Below are positions 1 through 7,494 of a stretch of DNA of 48,093 nt, piece after piece. Each line of letters begins with the position of its first letter. Within the stretch, counting starts at the first letter, position 1. This DNA comes from Acutalibacteraceae bacterium (GTDB taxonomy: Bacteria; Bacillota; Clostridia; Oscillospirales; Acutalibacteraceae). The notes under the pieces are model-generated. The model worked only from the letters and a program-made list of their open reading frames with translations. It had not been told where the DNA came from and made no database searches. The DNA lies in contig JAZNRN010000062.1 in assembly GCA_045590775.1 (NCBI GenBank), positions 1 to 48,093 of the forward strand, given 5' to 3'. The position numbers were made by a program, and so were the translations under genes.

Positions 1-1
1 T

Positions 2-460
2 CCTTACCGCTCAAATATCCCACATTTATCACAGTTCTGCTTTGGCGTTTGTGATACCACTTTCCCTGAACGTGCAAAGGCACTTGGTAAAAGTATTATT
101 GTTGGTGGCTCTAACTATGGTCAGGGCTCATCACGTGAACACGCAGCGTTGGTTCCTATGTATTTAGGTGTTCGTGCTGTTATCACAAAGAGCTTTGCTC
201 GTATCCACGTAGCAAATCTCATAAACGCAGGTATTATGCCTCTTACTTTCAAAAATGCAGATGATTATGACAAGATTTCACAGGGTGACACATTGATTCT
301 TACAAACGTATTTGAAGGTATGGAAAAGGGCGAAATTACCCTTAAAAATGAAACAAATGGCGAGGAAATTCCGGTGGTTGCGGTATTTACAGAGCGTCAA
401 AAGGCAATTCTTAAAGCCGGTGGCTTATTGTCATATACTAAAAGTGAAGGAGAAAAATAA
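2..460 (+). CDS. aconitate hydratase, C-terminal swivel-domain fragment (5' end lies outside the window)
   Basis: The frame is open from the window edge. GGSNYGQGSSREHAALVPMYLGVRAVITKSFARIHVANLINAGIMPLTF matches the aconitase/IPM-isomerase small-domain signature. The stop overlaps the next start (TAATG). Confidence 0.85.
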   Translation, partial: PYRSNIPHLSQFCFGVCDTTFPERAKALGKSIIVGGSNYGQGSSREHAALVPMYLGVRAVITKSFARIHVANLINAGIMPLTFKNADDYDKISQGDTLILTNVFEGMEKGEITLKNETNGEEIPVVAVFTERQKAILKAGGLLSYTKSEGEK

Positions 461-1608
461 TGGAAAATTACGTTAATGCTGCGGTTGAACAATTCCGCAC
501 AATTTTAGAAGAACAAATTGCAAGACAAAGAAAAATGGAAGCTGACAAGGCTTACACAGATTATAAAAAGCTTGACAAAATTATTATCGGTGTTTGTGGT
601 GGCGACGGTATAGGCCCGATTATCTCTGCTGAATCTGAAAGACTTTTAAAATTCATCTTGAAGGATGAAATCGCACAAGGCAAGGTAGAAATTCGCACTA
701 TCGAGGGTCTTACCATTGAAAATAGAATTGCTCACAACAAGGCAATTCCTGATGATGTTTTGGCTGAAATCAAGGCTTGTAATGTAATTCTTAAAGCACC
801 TACTACAACACTCAAAGGTGGTACACTTGAAAGTGCTAACGTTGCTATGAGACGTGAGCTTGACCTTTATGCAAATGTTCGTCCTGTTGCTGTTCCCGAG
901 GATGATATTGATTGGACCTTCTTCCGTGAAAACACCGAGGGTGAATATGTTTTAGGCTCACGTGGTGTTGAAATTCCCGACACCTTGGCTTTTGATTTCA
1001 AGGTAACTACAAATGAGGGTACAAAGAGAATAGCTCGTGCTGCTTTTGAATATGCAAAGAACAACGGAAAGACAAATGTTGCTATCGTTACAAAGGCAAA
1101 CATTATGAAGAAAACTGACGGTAAATTTTCTGAAATTTGCCACGAGGTTGCAAAGGATTATCCCGGTATTGAGGCAGAGGATTGGTATATCGACATTATG
1201 ACCGCAAACCTCGTAAATCCGAGAGTTCGTTCTAAATTCCAGGTTATTGTTCTTCCTAACCTTTACGGTGATATTATCACTGATGAAGCTGCTCAATTAC
1301 AAGGCGGTGTCGGTACTGCAGGCAGTGCTAACATTGGTGATGTTTATGCAATGTTTGAGGCAATTCACGGTTCTGCACCTCGTATGATGGAAGAGGGCAG
1401 AGGCAAGTATGCTAATCCTACAAGTATGTTTAAGGCAAGTGAAATGCTTCTTCGCCATATCGGTTTTACCGAGTATGCAGACAAGCTTGACAAGGCGCTC
1501 CACATTTGTACCGAGGTTGATGTTAAATATCACATCACCGGTAGAAGTGACGGCGCTACCTGCAGTGAGCTTGGCGACTATTTAATGGAAACTATTGAAA
1601 AAATGTAA
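460..1608 (+). CDS. icd: isocitrate dehydrogenase (isocitrate/isopropylmalate dehydrogenase family)
   Basis: GVCGGDGIGPII and NLYGDIITDEAAQLQGGVGTAGSANIG are beta-decarboxylating dehydrogenase motifs. The gene is translationally coupled to the aconitase gene. Confidence 0.85.
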   Translation: MENYVNAAVEQFRTILEEQIARQRKMEADKAYTDYKKLDKIIIGVCGGDGIGPIISAESERLLKFILKDEIAQGKVEIRTIEGLTIENRIAHNKAIPDDVLAEIKACNVILKAPTTTLKGGTLESANVAMRRELDLYANVRPVAVPEDDIDWTFFRENTEGEYVLGSRGVEIPDTLAFDFKVTTNEGTKRIARAAFEYAKNNGKTNVAIVTKANIMKKTDGKFSEICHEVAKDYPGIEAEDWYIDIMTANLVNPRVRSKFQVIVLPNLYGDIITDEAAQLQGGVGTAGSANIGDVYAMFEAIHGSAPRMMEEGRGKYANPTSMFKASEMLLRHIGFTEYADKLDKALHICTEVDVKYHITGRSDGATCSELGDYLMETIEKM

Positions 1609-1628
1609 TTGAATTTAACACAACAAAA

Positions 1629-1665
1629 CCCCAAATCTCAAGCGAGATTTGGGGTTAAAATTTTT
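1629..1665. terminator. intrinsic terminator after icd (bidirectional hairpin)
   Basis: ccccaaatctc-aagc-gagatttgggg forms an 11-bp stem followed by a T-rich tail. Confidence 0.75.
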
Positions 1666-1711
1666 GGGCTATAAAATCGGTTTTTTGCAGAAGCTTTTTA
1701 TGTTTTTTATT

Positions 1712-2233
1712 TTACAAAAAAGTCACCATTTCATCAAAGGATTTGCGTTTTTTAGGAGGTGCTTTGTCAAGAGGGTACCCTAAAGATATAATTAGTCGGA
1801 CGGTGCTGTCAATCCCGGTGATTTTGCATATTTTATCGCTATCGAGCCAACCAATAATACAACTTCCAAGTCCTTGTGCCGTGGATTCTGCAGTAATATA
1901 TGCCGACAATATGCCGATGTCGATTGAACGATAATCATTATTTTTAAGCTTTGCGCCGAGCTTAGCCATTTTTGAATAAGGCTTTTCGGAAATTATAAGT
2001 AAAACGGGTGCCTGTTCGACAAAACCGTTGATTTTCAAAGCCCTTGTTGTAAGTGCAACTTGTTTTGCTTTGTCGCCTTTTAAAACTGTTATGTGATAGG
2101 GTTGACCATTACAAGCCGAAGGGGAGAGCAGCCCTGCTTTTAAAATGGCATCGATTTTCTCATCCTCGACAGGTTTATTTATATCATATTTTCGGCAAGA
2201 ATATCTATTGTTTGCAATCTCTGTAAAATTCAT
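1712..2233 (-). CDS. nitroreductase family protein
   Basis: MNFTEIANNRYSCRKY...PSACNGQPY is a typical NAD(P)H-flavin nitroreductase N-terminus. The ATG at 2233 follows GAAAGG; the longer ORF start at 2281 has no RBS. Confidence 0.8.
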   Translation of the reverse strand: MNFTEIANNRYSCRKYDINKPVEDEKIDAILKAGLLSPSACNGQPYHITVLKGDKAKQVALTTRALKINGFVEQAPVLLIISEKPYSKMAKLGAKLKNNDYRSIDIGILSAYITAESTAQGLGSCIIGWLDSDKICKITGIDSTVRLIISLGYPLDKAPPKKRKSFDEMVTFL

Positions 2234-2252
2234 AATATATCCTTTCAGATTT

Positions 2253-2281
2253 AGTATATTAAATAGAAGTCTTAATGGCAA
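2253..2281 (-). promoter_or_regulatory. sigma-A type promoter for the nitroreductase gene
   Basis: On the minus strand it reads TTGCCA-N17-TATACT. Confidence 0.45.
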
Positions 2282-2298
2282 TTTTTTTGCTTATTGTT

Positions 2299-2326
2299 TG
2301 AAAAAAGCAACTCTTTCGAGTTGCTT
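2299..2326 (-). terminator. intrinsic terminator after serS
   Basis: agcaactc-tttc-gagttgct forms the stem, with a U-run on the minus strand. Confidence 0.75.
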
Positions 2327-2331
2327 TTAAA

Positions 2332-3627
2332 TTACTTGCTTTCGATTTTTTCTTTGCCGCCCATATAAGGACGAAGAGCCTCGGGGATAGAAATAGTATA
2401 TTTTTCTCCGTCATAAGAGAGGTTGTTTTCGAGGAAAGCAATAAGCATACGAGGGGGAGCAACAACGGTGTTGTTAAGGGTGTGGGCAAGGTATTTCTTA
2501 CCGTCGGCAGACTTAACCTTAATACCAAGTCTGCGAGCCTGTGCATCGCCGAGGTTGGAGCAAGAGCAAACCTCAAAATACTTTTGTTGCTTGGGACTCC
2601 AAGCTTCGACATCGTAAGACTTAACCTTTAGGTCTGCAAGGTCGCCTGTGCAGCATTCAAGTGTGCGCACCGGAATATCCATACTTCTGAAGAGCTCAAC
2701 CGAGTAGCTCCACATCTTGTTGAACCAATCCATACTTTCTTCGGGCTTACAGATAACAATCATTTCCTGCTTTTCAAATTGGTGAATACGGTAAATACCA
2801 CGTTCCTCAATACCGTGAGCGCCCTTTTCTTTTCTAAAGCAAGGAGAATAGCTTGTTAGAGTCAAGGGAAGCGACTCTTCGGCTGTCATAGTATCGATGA
2901 ATTTACCAATCATCGAGTGCTCCGATGTACCGATTAAATAAAGGTCCTCTCCCTCGATTTTGTACATCATAGCATCCATTTCTTCAAAGCTCATAACACC
3001 GGTTACAACATTGCTTCTAATCATATAAGGGGGAATACAGTAGGTAAAGCCCTTGTCAATCATAAAGTCACGAGCATAGGAAAGCACAGCCGAGTGAAGT
3101 CTTGCAATATCGCCCATAAGGTAGTAAAAGCCTTCACCTGCAACCTTACCGGCAGCTTCCTTGTCGATGCCGTTAAATGCCGCCATAATATCTGTATGAT
3201 AGGGGATTTCAAAATCAGGAACGGTTTTTTCACCGTACTGCATAACTTCAACATTTTCGCTGTCATCTTTACCAACAGGCACGCTACTATCTACAATGTT
3301 GGGTATTTTCATTTGGATTTCAAGCACTTTCTTTTGGAGCTCTGCTTCCTTTTCTTCGAGTGCTTTTAATTCTTCAGCCTGCTCACTTACAAGCTTTTTC
3401 ATTTGTTCGGCTTCGTCACGCTTGCCTTGGCCCATAAGCATACCGATTTGCTTGCTTATTTTGTTTCTGTTGGCACGAAGCTCACTTGCCTTTGTGTTGG
3501 CAGCACACTTTTCACCGTAAAGGGTAATTACCTCATCAACCAACGGAAGCTTTGAATCTTTGAATTTTTTCTTTATATTTTCCTTAACGATTTCAGGATT
3601 ATCACAAATAAATTTAATATCCAGCAT
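2332..3627 (-). CDS. serS: serine--tRNA ligase
   Basis: 431 aa with an N-terminal coiled-coil arm plus a class II core (TSEHSMIG, RIHQFEKQE, NNTVVAPPRMLIAFLEN). The RBS is GGAGG. Confidence 0.95.
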   Translation of the reverse strand: MLDIKFICDNPEIVKENIKKKFKDSKLPLVDEVITLYGEKCAANTKASELRANRNKISKQIGMLMGQGKRDEAEQMKKLVSEQAEELKALEEKEAELQKKVLEIQMKIPNIVDSSVPVGKDDSENVEVMQYGEKTVPDFEIPYHTDIMAAFNGIDKEAAGKVAGEGFYYLMGDIARLHSAVLSYARDFMIDKGFTYCIPPYMIRSNVVTGVMSFEEMDAMMYKIEGEDLYLIGTSEHSMIGKFIDTMTAEESLPLTLTSYSPCFRKEKGAHGIEERGIYRIHQFEKQEMIVICKPEESMDWFNKMWSYSVELFRSMDIPVRTLECCTGDLADLKVKSYDVEAWSPKQQKYFEVCSCSNLGDAQARRLGIKVKSADGKKYLAHTLNNTVVAPPRMLIAFLENNLSYDGEKYTISIPEALRPYMGGKEKIESK

Positions 3628-3670
3628 TTTTATTCCTCCAAAACACCAAAAATTGTTTTAAAATCATTTT

Positions 3671-3699
3671 ATTCTAACACATATTATTTATATTGTCAA
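3671..3699 (-). promoter_or_regulatory. sigma-A promoter for serS
   Basis: On the minus strand it reads TTGACA-N17-TAGAAT, about 45 nt upstream of the ATG. The leader is too short for a T-box. Confidence 0.6.
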
Positions 3700-3851
3700 A
3701 CAATTTAAAAGGGTGAAGCTTTGTTATTTTATCTATCGGTGAGGCGTGGGATACAACAGGTAAAGGAATCTCGGTTTGGTGATTTGTAATACCCGCTTTT
3801 TCTTAATTGCTGCATTTTTAAAAATCGGAGTTAGTAAGACGTATAATACCC

Positions 3852-3880
3852 TTGACATAAAGTGGGGAATATGTTATATT
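3852..3880 (+). promoter_or_regulatory. sigma-A promoter for the TetR/ABC operon
   Basis: TTGACA-N17-TATATT. Confidence 0.55.
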
Positions 3881-3932
3881 ATAGGTAACACACGTTGCAT
3901 AACGATTTTTGTATAAAAACGAGGTGAAAAAT

Positions 3933-4544
3933 GTGCCGCCAAAATTCAAATATACAAAAGAACAAATCATTGATAAAGCGATAGAGCTTGTCAGAATAGG
4001 CGGAATAGAAACCCTTACTGCAAGGCAGCTGGCTCTCACATTAGGCACAAGCGTAAAGCCGATTTTTACTGCATTTCAAAATATGGACATTCTTAAAAAC
4101 AATGTCATAAAAAGGGCGCTCGAAATATATCACAAGCATTTAAGCGATTATGCTGACTATACGCCTGCATTTAAGCGGCACGGTATGCAGTTTATAAGGT
4201 TTGCGGAAATTGAACCGGAGCTTTTTAAGCTCCTTTTTATGCAAAAAGCACCACCCGATTATGATTTTGAAAGCTCGATTGATACACTAATCGGCGGCGG
4301 GCTTGGAGTTTTAGATATTGTGATGGAAAAATACGGTCTTGAAAGAGACGATGCAAAAAAGCTTTTTAAAATTATGTGGCTTGAAGGCTATGGAATAGCG
4401 TCACAAATAGCTCTGGGTGTTTGCTCTTTTTCTGAAGAACAAATATCCGAAATGTTAAGTATTACATTTATAGGGGCCTTAAATACAATAAAATCGGGCA
4501 GGGCAGAGGAGTATATAAAAATATCCGAAGTTAAGCACATTTGA
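3933..4544 (+). CDS. TetR/AcrR family transcriptional regulator
   Basis: The N-terminal HTH is KEQIIDKAIELVRIGGIETLTARQLALTLGTSVKPIFTAF. A GTG at 3933 lies 6 nt after GAGGTG; the ORF-track TTG at 3909 lacks an RBS. Confidence 0.85.
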   Translation: MPPKFKYTKEQIIDKAIELVRIGGIETLTARQLALTLGTSVKPIFTAFQNMDILKNNVIKRALEIYHKHLSDYADYTPAFKRHGMQFIRFAEIEPELFKLLFMQKAPPDYDFESSIDTLIGGGLGVLDIVMEKYGLERDDAKKLFKIMWLEGYGIASQIALGVCSFSEEQISEMLSITFIGALNTIKSGRAEEYIKISEVKHI

Positions 4545-4555
4545 GGTTATGGTTT

Positions 4556-5470
4556 ATGGAAAAAATTATTGAAATTAAGAATTTATCAAAATCCTTTGGT
4601 GATATAAAAGCGGTTGACAATCTCTCTTTTTCGGTCAAAAAGGGCGAGCTTTTTGCCTTTTTAGGTGAAAATGGTGCAGGGAAATCAACTACAATTAACA
4701 TTATGTGTGATGCACTTAGAAAGGATAGCGGCGAGGTTTTAATAACGGGTAAGAGTATTGACCAAAATTTTGAAAACATCTCCCGTAAAATTGGTGTTGT
4801 TTTTCAAACATCGGTGCTTGATGGCGCCCTTACAGTAAGGGATAATTTAAAAAACAGAGCGGCACTTTACGGAATTTTTGGTGATGAATTTTTAAATAGG
4901 CTTAAAAAGCTGTCGGATATGCTCGACTTTGGTAGCTTTCTAAATCGAAGTGTTGGAAAGCTATCAGGCGGTCAAAAGCGTAGAATTGATATAGCACGTG
5001 CGCTTTTTCACAATCCCGAAATTCTTGTTTTGGACGAGCCGACAACAGGTCTTGACCCGCAAACGAGAAGGCTTTTGTGGGATGTGATTTTAGACCTGAG
5101 AAAAAAAGATGGTCTTACCGTTTTCCTCACAACTCACTATATGGAGGAGGCGGCAAATGCCGATTATATCGTTGTTTTAGACAGTGGTAAAATAGCGGCC
5201 GAGGGCACTCCGCTCGAACTCAAAAACAAATATACAGGAGATTTCATAACCCTTTACGGAGTCGAGGAGGACTCCTTAAAAGTGCTCGGCAAACCATATA
5301 CAGCGATAAAAGGCGGATTTTTAGTAGAGGTTGAAAGTACTGCCGAGGCAACAAAAATGATAATTGAAAACCCAAGGCTTTTTGTTGATTATGAAATCAC
5401 AAAGGGCAAAATGGATGATGTGTTTTTGAATATCACAGGCAAAAAGCTTGAAGGGAGTGAGCAAAAATGA
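4556..5470 (+). CDS. ABC transporter ATP-binding protein (ABC-2/drug-export type)
   Basis: Walker A GENGAGKST, signature LSGGQKRR, Walker B ILVLDEPT. The ATG at 4556 follows GAGGT. Confidence 0.9.
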   Translation: MEKIIEIKNLSKSFGDIKAVDNLSFSVKKGELFAFLGENGAGKSTTINIMCDALRKDSGEVLITGKSIDQNFENISRKIGVVFQTSVLDGALTVRDNLKNRAALYGIFGDEFLNRLKKLSDMLDFGSFLNRSVGKLSGGQKRRIDIARALFHNPEILVLDEPTTGLDPQTRRLLWDVILDLRKKDGLTVFLTTHYMEEAANADYIVVLDSGKIAAEGTPLELKNKYTGDFITLYGVEEDSLKVLGKPYTAIKGGFLVEVESTAEATKMIIENPRLFVDYEITKGKMDDVFLNITGKKLEGSEQK

Positions 5471-6357
5471 CATTACAAGCTTTGATTAAAAGAAATTGTA
5501 AGCTCTTTTTTAAGGATAAGGGTATGTTTATAACCTCGCTTATAACCCCTTTGATACTTTTAGTACTTTATGCCACATTTTTGGCAAAGGTTTATAAGGA
5601 TGCCTTTATGTCAACAATGCCTGCAGGCTTTACCGTCAGCGAAAAGATAATTGATTCAACGGTTGCTTGTCAGCTTTTATCCTCGCTTTTAGCGGTTTGC
5701 TGTGTGACAGTTGCTTTTTGCTCTAATCTTTTGATGGTGCAAGATAAAGTGACAGGCGCTCATAGAGATTTTTTGATAAGCCCTGTAAAGCAAGGAACAT
5801 TGGCACTGGGTTATTTTATTTCGAGTGCTTTAGTCACCCTTATAATTTGCTTTACTGCACTTGTTATAGGGTTTATTTATATCGCAATATTGGGCTGGTA
5901 TTTGTCAGTAGCCGATGTACTTCTTATAATTTGTGACGTAATACTTTTGGTTCTTTTTGGCACAGCGCTATCATCACTTATAAATTGCCGATTAAAAACC
6001 AACGGACAGGCTTCGGCTGTCGGTACTATCGTAAGCTCGGGCTATGGCTTTATTTGCGGAGCATATATGCCTATTTCTAATTTTTCACTAACTTTACAAA
6101 GGGTAATTTCCTTTTTGCCAGGCACTTATGCCACATCACTGCTTAGAAACCACTCTTTAAGAGGGGCTTTTGCCGAAATGAATGCACAGGGTGTGCCGCA
6201 AGAGGCAATAAATAGTCTTAAAAGTGCGGTTGACTGCAATATAAAATTTTTTGACAATGAAGTTTCAATATCTGTTATGTACCTGATTTTAATAAGCACA
6301 ATTTTGCTTTGTACTTTAGGCTTTGTTACAGTATCAAAATTCAAAAAAGCGAAATAA
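5467..6357 (+). CDS. ABC-2 type transporter permease
   Basis: A 296-aa polytopic membrane protein whose start overlaps the ATPase stop (ATGA). Confidence 0.8.
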   Translation: MTLQALIKRNCKLFFKDKGMFITSLITPLILLVLYATFLAKVYKDAFMSTMPAGFTVSEKIIDSTVACQLLSSLLAVCCVTVAFCSNLLMVQDKVTGAHRDFLISPVKQGTLALGYFISSALVTLIICFTALVIGFIYIAILGWYLSVADVLLIICDVILLVLFGTALSSLINCRLKTNGQASAVGTIVSSGYGFICGAYMPISNFSLTLQRVISFLPGTYATSLLRNHSLRGAFAEMNAQGVPQEAINSLKSAVDCNIKFFDNEVSISVMYLILISTILLCTLGFVTVSKFKKAK

Positions 6358-6360
6358 AAA

Positions 6361-6384
6361 AGGAGGCGAAAGCCTCCTTTTTTA
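6361..6384 (+). terminator. intrinsic terminator of the ABC operon
   Basis: aggaggc-gaaa-gcctcct followed by TTTTTT. Confidence 0.85.
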
Positions 6385-6481
6385 ATGAGTAATTTTTAAT
6401 GCGTAATGGGAATCCCTCCGTCTTTTGCTACGCAAAATCCACCTCCCTTTAGGGCAAGGGAGGCGTAAAAAATCACAATTC

Positions 6482-6517
6482 ACATTGTAGGGGCGATGCC
6501 TGTGTGCTCGCCCGTTT
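6482..6517 (+). repeat. left copy of the 36-nt inverted repeat (hairpin GGGCGA-N11-TCGCCC plus a T-rich tail)
   Basis: acattgtaggggcgatgcctgtgtgctcgcccgttt matches the reverse complement of 7393-7428 at 35 of 36 positions. Weaker similarity extends out to 6388 and 7454. Confidence 0.9.
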
Positions 6518-6524
6518 ATATTTT

Positions 6525-7142
6525 TTACGATGCGGTAGCGCTCCATATAATCAGTATGAGCGCTATTACAACAATGGCACTAATAGCATAAAAAAGTTTC
6601 ACCGTTTCTGATGGTGCGTTGTCTTTCTGTGCTTCCGATTCGTAATTATCTGTGTCGCTAAAAACACTTTTTTTAATGCTTTCCTCTTCATAATCATCGG
6701 AGATACTCTCTGCTTTTGCAGAATTGTAAAGCGCTATATTTGCACTGATTTTTGTGTGCTGAACAATAGTAGCCAATGAACCGATTAATAAAGCTAAAAT
6801 ATGATATGCACAATATTCTAAGAAGCAGTAAAGCGACCATTTTATAATATCTTCTACGACAACTTCAAATACTGATTTAACTTTTATACCTTCTTCTGCC
6901 ATCAGCTCTCTTATTTCGTATGTATCAATATTGTATTCATCAAGTAATTGTGCGGTTTCTACCGCATTTGAAATTATTGCAATAATACCAACAAAAACCA
7001 TTATCACGCAAAGAATATAGCCCCATCTTTCTAATCGTTCGCACCAACTCCAAAGATTTTGGGTTATACTATCTGTTTTATAACAGTCCTTCAAATCTTT
7101 TGGTATTGTCTTGTCCACATTTCCTGAAAACATATTTGCCAT
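6525..7142 (-). CDS. hypothetical membrane protein with 3 predicted TM helices and an acidic Ser/Asp/Glu-rich linker
   Basis: The ATG at 7142 (MANMFSG...) lies 9 nt after AGGAGG. Hydrophobic segments are WGYILCVIMVFVGIIAIISNAV, LYCFLEYCAYHILALLIGSLATIV and LFYAISAIVVIALILIIWSA. I recognise no family. Confidence 0.6.
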   Translation of the reverse strand: MANMFSGNVDKTIPKDLKDCYKTDSITQNLWSWCERLERWGYILCVIMVFVGIIAIISNAVETAQLLDEYNIDTYEIRELMAEEGIKVKSVFEVVVEDIIKWSLYCFLEYCAYHILALLIGSLATIVQHTKISANIALYNSAKAESISDDYEEESIKKSVFSDTDNYESEAQKDNAPSETVKLFYAISAIVVIALILIIWSATAS

Positions 7143-7157
7143 TTTAGACATCCTCCT

Positions 7158-7196
7158 AAAAATAAAAAGTGTGTGCAACTCAAAGTCACACACACC
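7158..7196 (-). terminator. intrinsic terminator-like hairpin inside the 5' leader of the 6525-7142 gene (candidate attenuator)
   Basis: On the minus strand, GGUGUGUGUG...GCACACAC is followed by UUUUUAUUUUU and ends 3 nt before the SD AGGAGG. Confidence 0.45.
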
Positions 7197-7220
7197 GAAA
7201 AATGCATGACTTTAGTTTGC

Positions 7221-7329
7221 TACCACACAAAATTTAACGCTTACAACAAGTATGCGAAAAATAGTCTGCATTTTTACCGAAATAAAAATACACACTTGTT
7301 TTAAGCGTAATATTAAATTTTGTGTGGTA
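7221..7329 (-). promoter_or_regulatory. 109-nt long hairpin at the predicted 5' end of the leader
   Basis: Arms 7221-7251 and 7294-7329 pair over 16 perfect bp plus 14 bp, with one mismatch and a 5-nt bulge. The apical loop is 42 nt. Confidence 0.5.
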
Positions 7330-7334
7330 AGGTT

Positions 7335-7363
7335 ATTTTATCACATTATTACAGAAATAGCAA
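7335..7363 (-). promoter_or_regulatory. sigma-A promoter for the cassette gene
   Basis: On the minus strand it reads TTGCTA-N17-TAAAAT with an extended TGn. The predicted TSS falls at the base of the long hairpin. Confidence 0.45.
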
Positions 7364-7392
7364 TAAAAAAGTATCCTATTAAATCGCATAAA

Positions 7393-7428
7393 AAACGGGC
7401 GAGCACACAGGCGTCGCCCCTACAATGT
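7393..7428 (-). repeat. right copy of the 36-nt inverted repeat; also a likely terminator for the recombinase gene
   Basis: On the minus strand it reads acattgtaggggcgacgcctgtgtgctcgcccgttttttat, a hairpin followed by a U-run. Confidence 0.9.
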
Positions 7429-7494
7429 AGATTGAGTTTTTTCATTTAATTACTAATTATAAATTCAATTTGCAACCTATAGTGATAATAACTG

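Noticed and set aside
3628-3851. Expected T-box leader upstream of serS, plus an odd hairpin-with-T-run (about 3745-3806) between the divergent serS and TetR promoters.
   Set aside because: A good TTGACA-N17-TAGAAT promoter sits only about 45 nt from the serS ATG, and I found no T-box sequence (GGTGGTACCGCG-like) or specifier architecture. The 3745-3806 stem is weak (bulges and mismatches) and has no promoter or ORF context, so I cannot support any call for it.
7252-7449. 65-aa plus-strand ORF inside the cassette.
   Set aside because: It runs antisense through the leader hairpin and the right inverted repeat, has no SD, and has a low-complexity translation.
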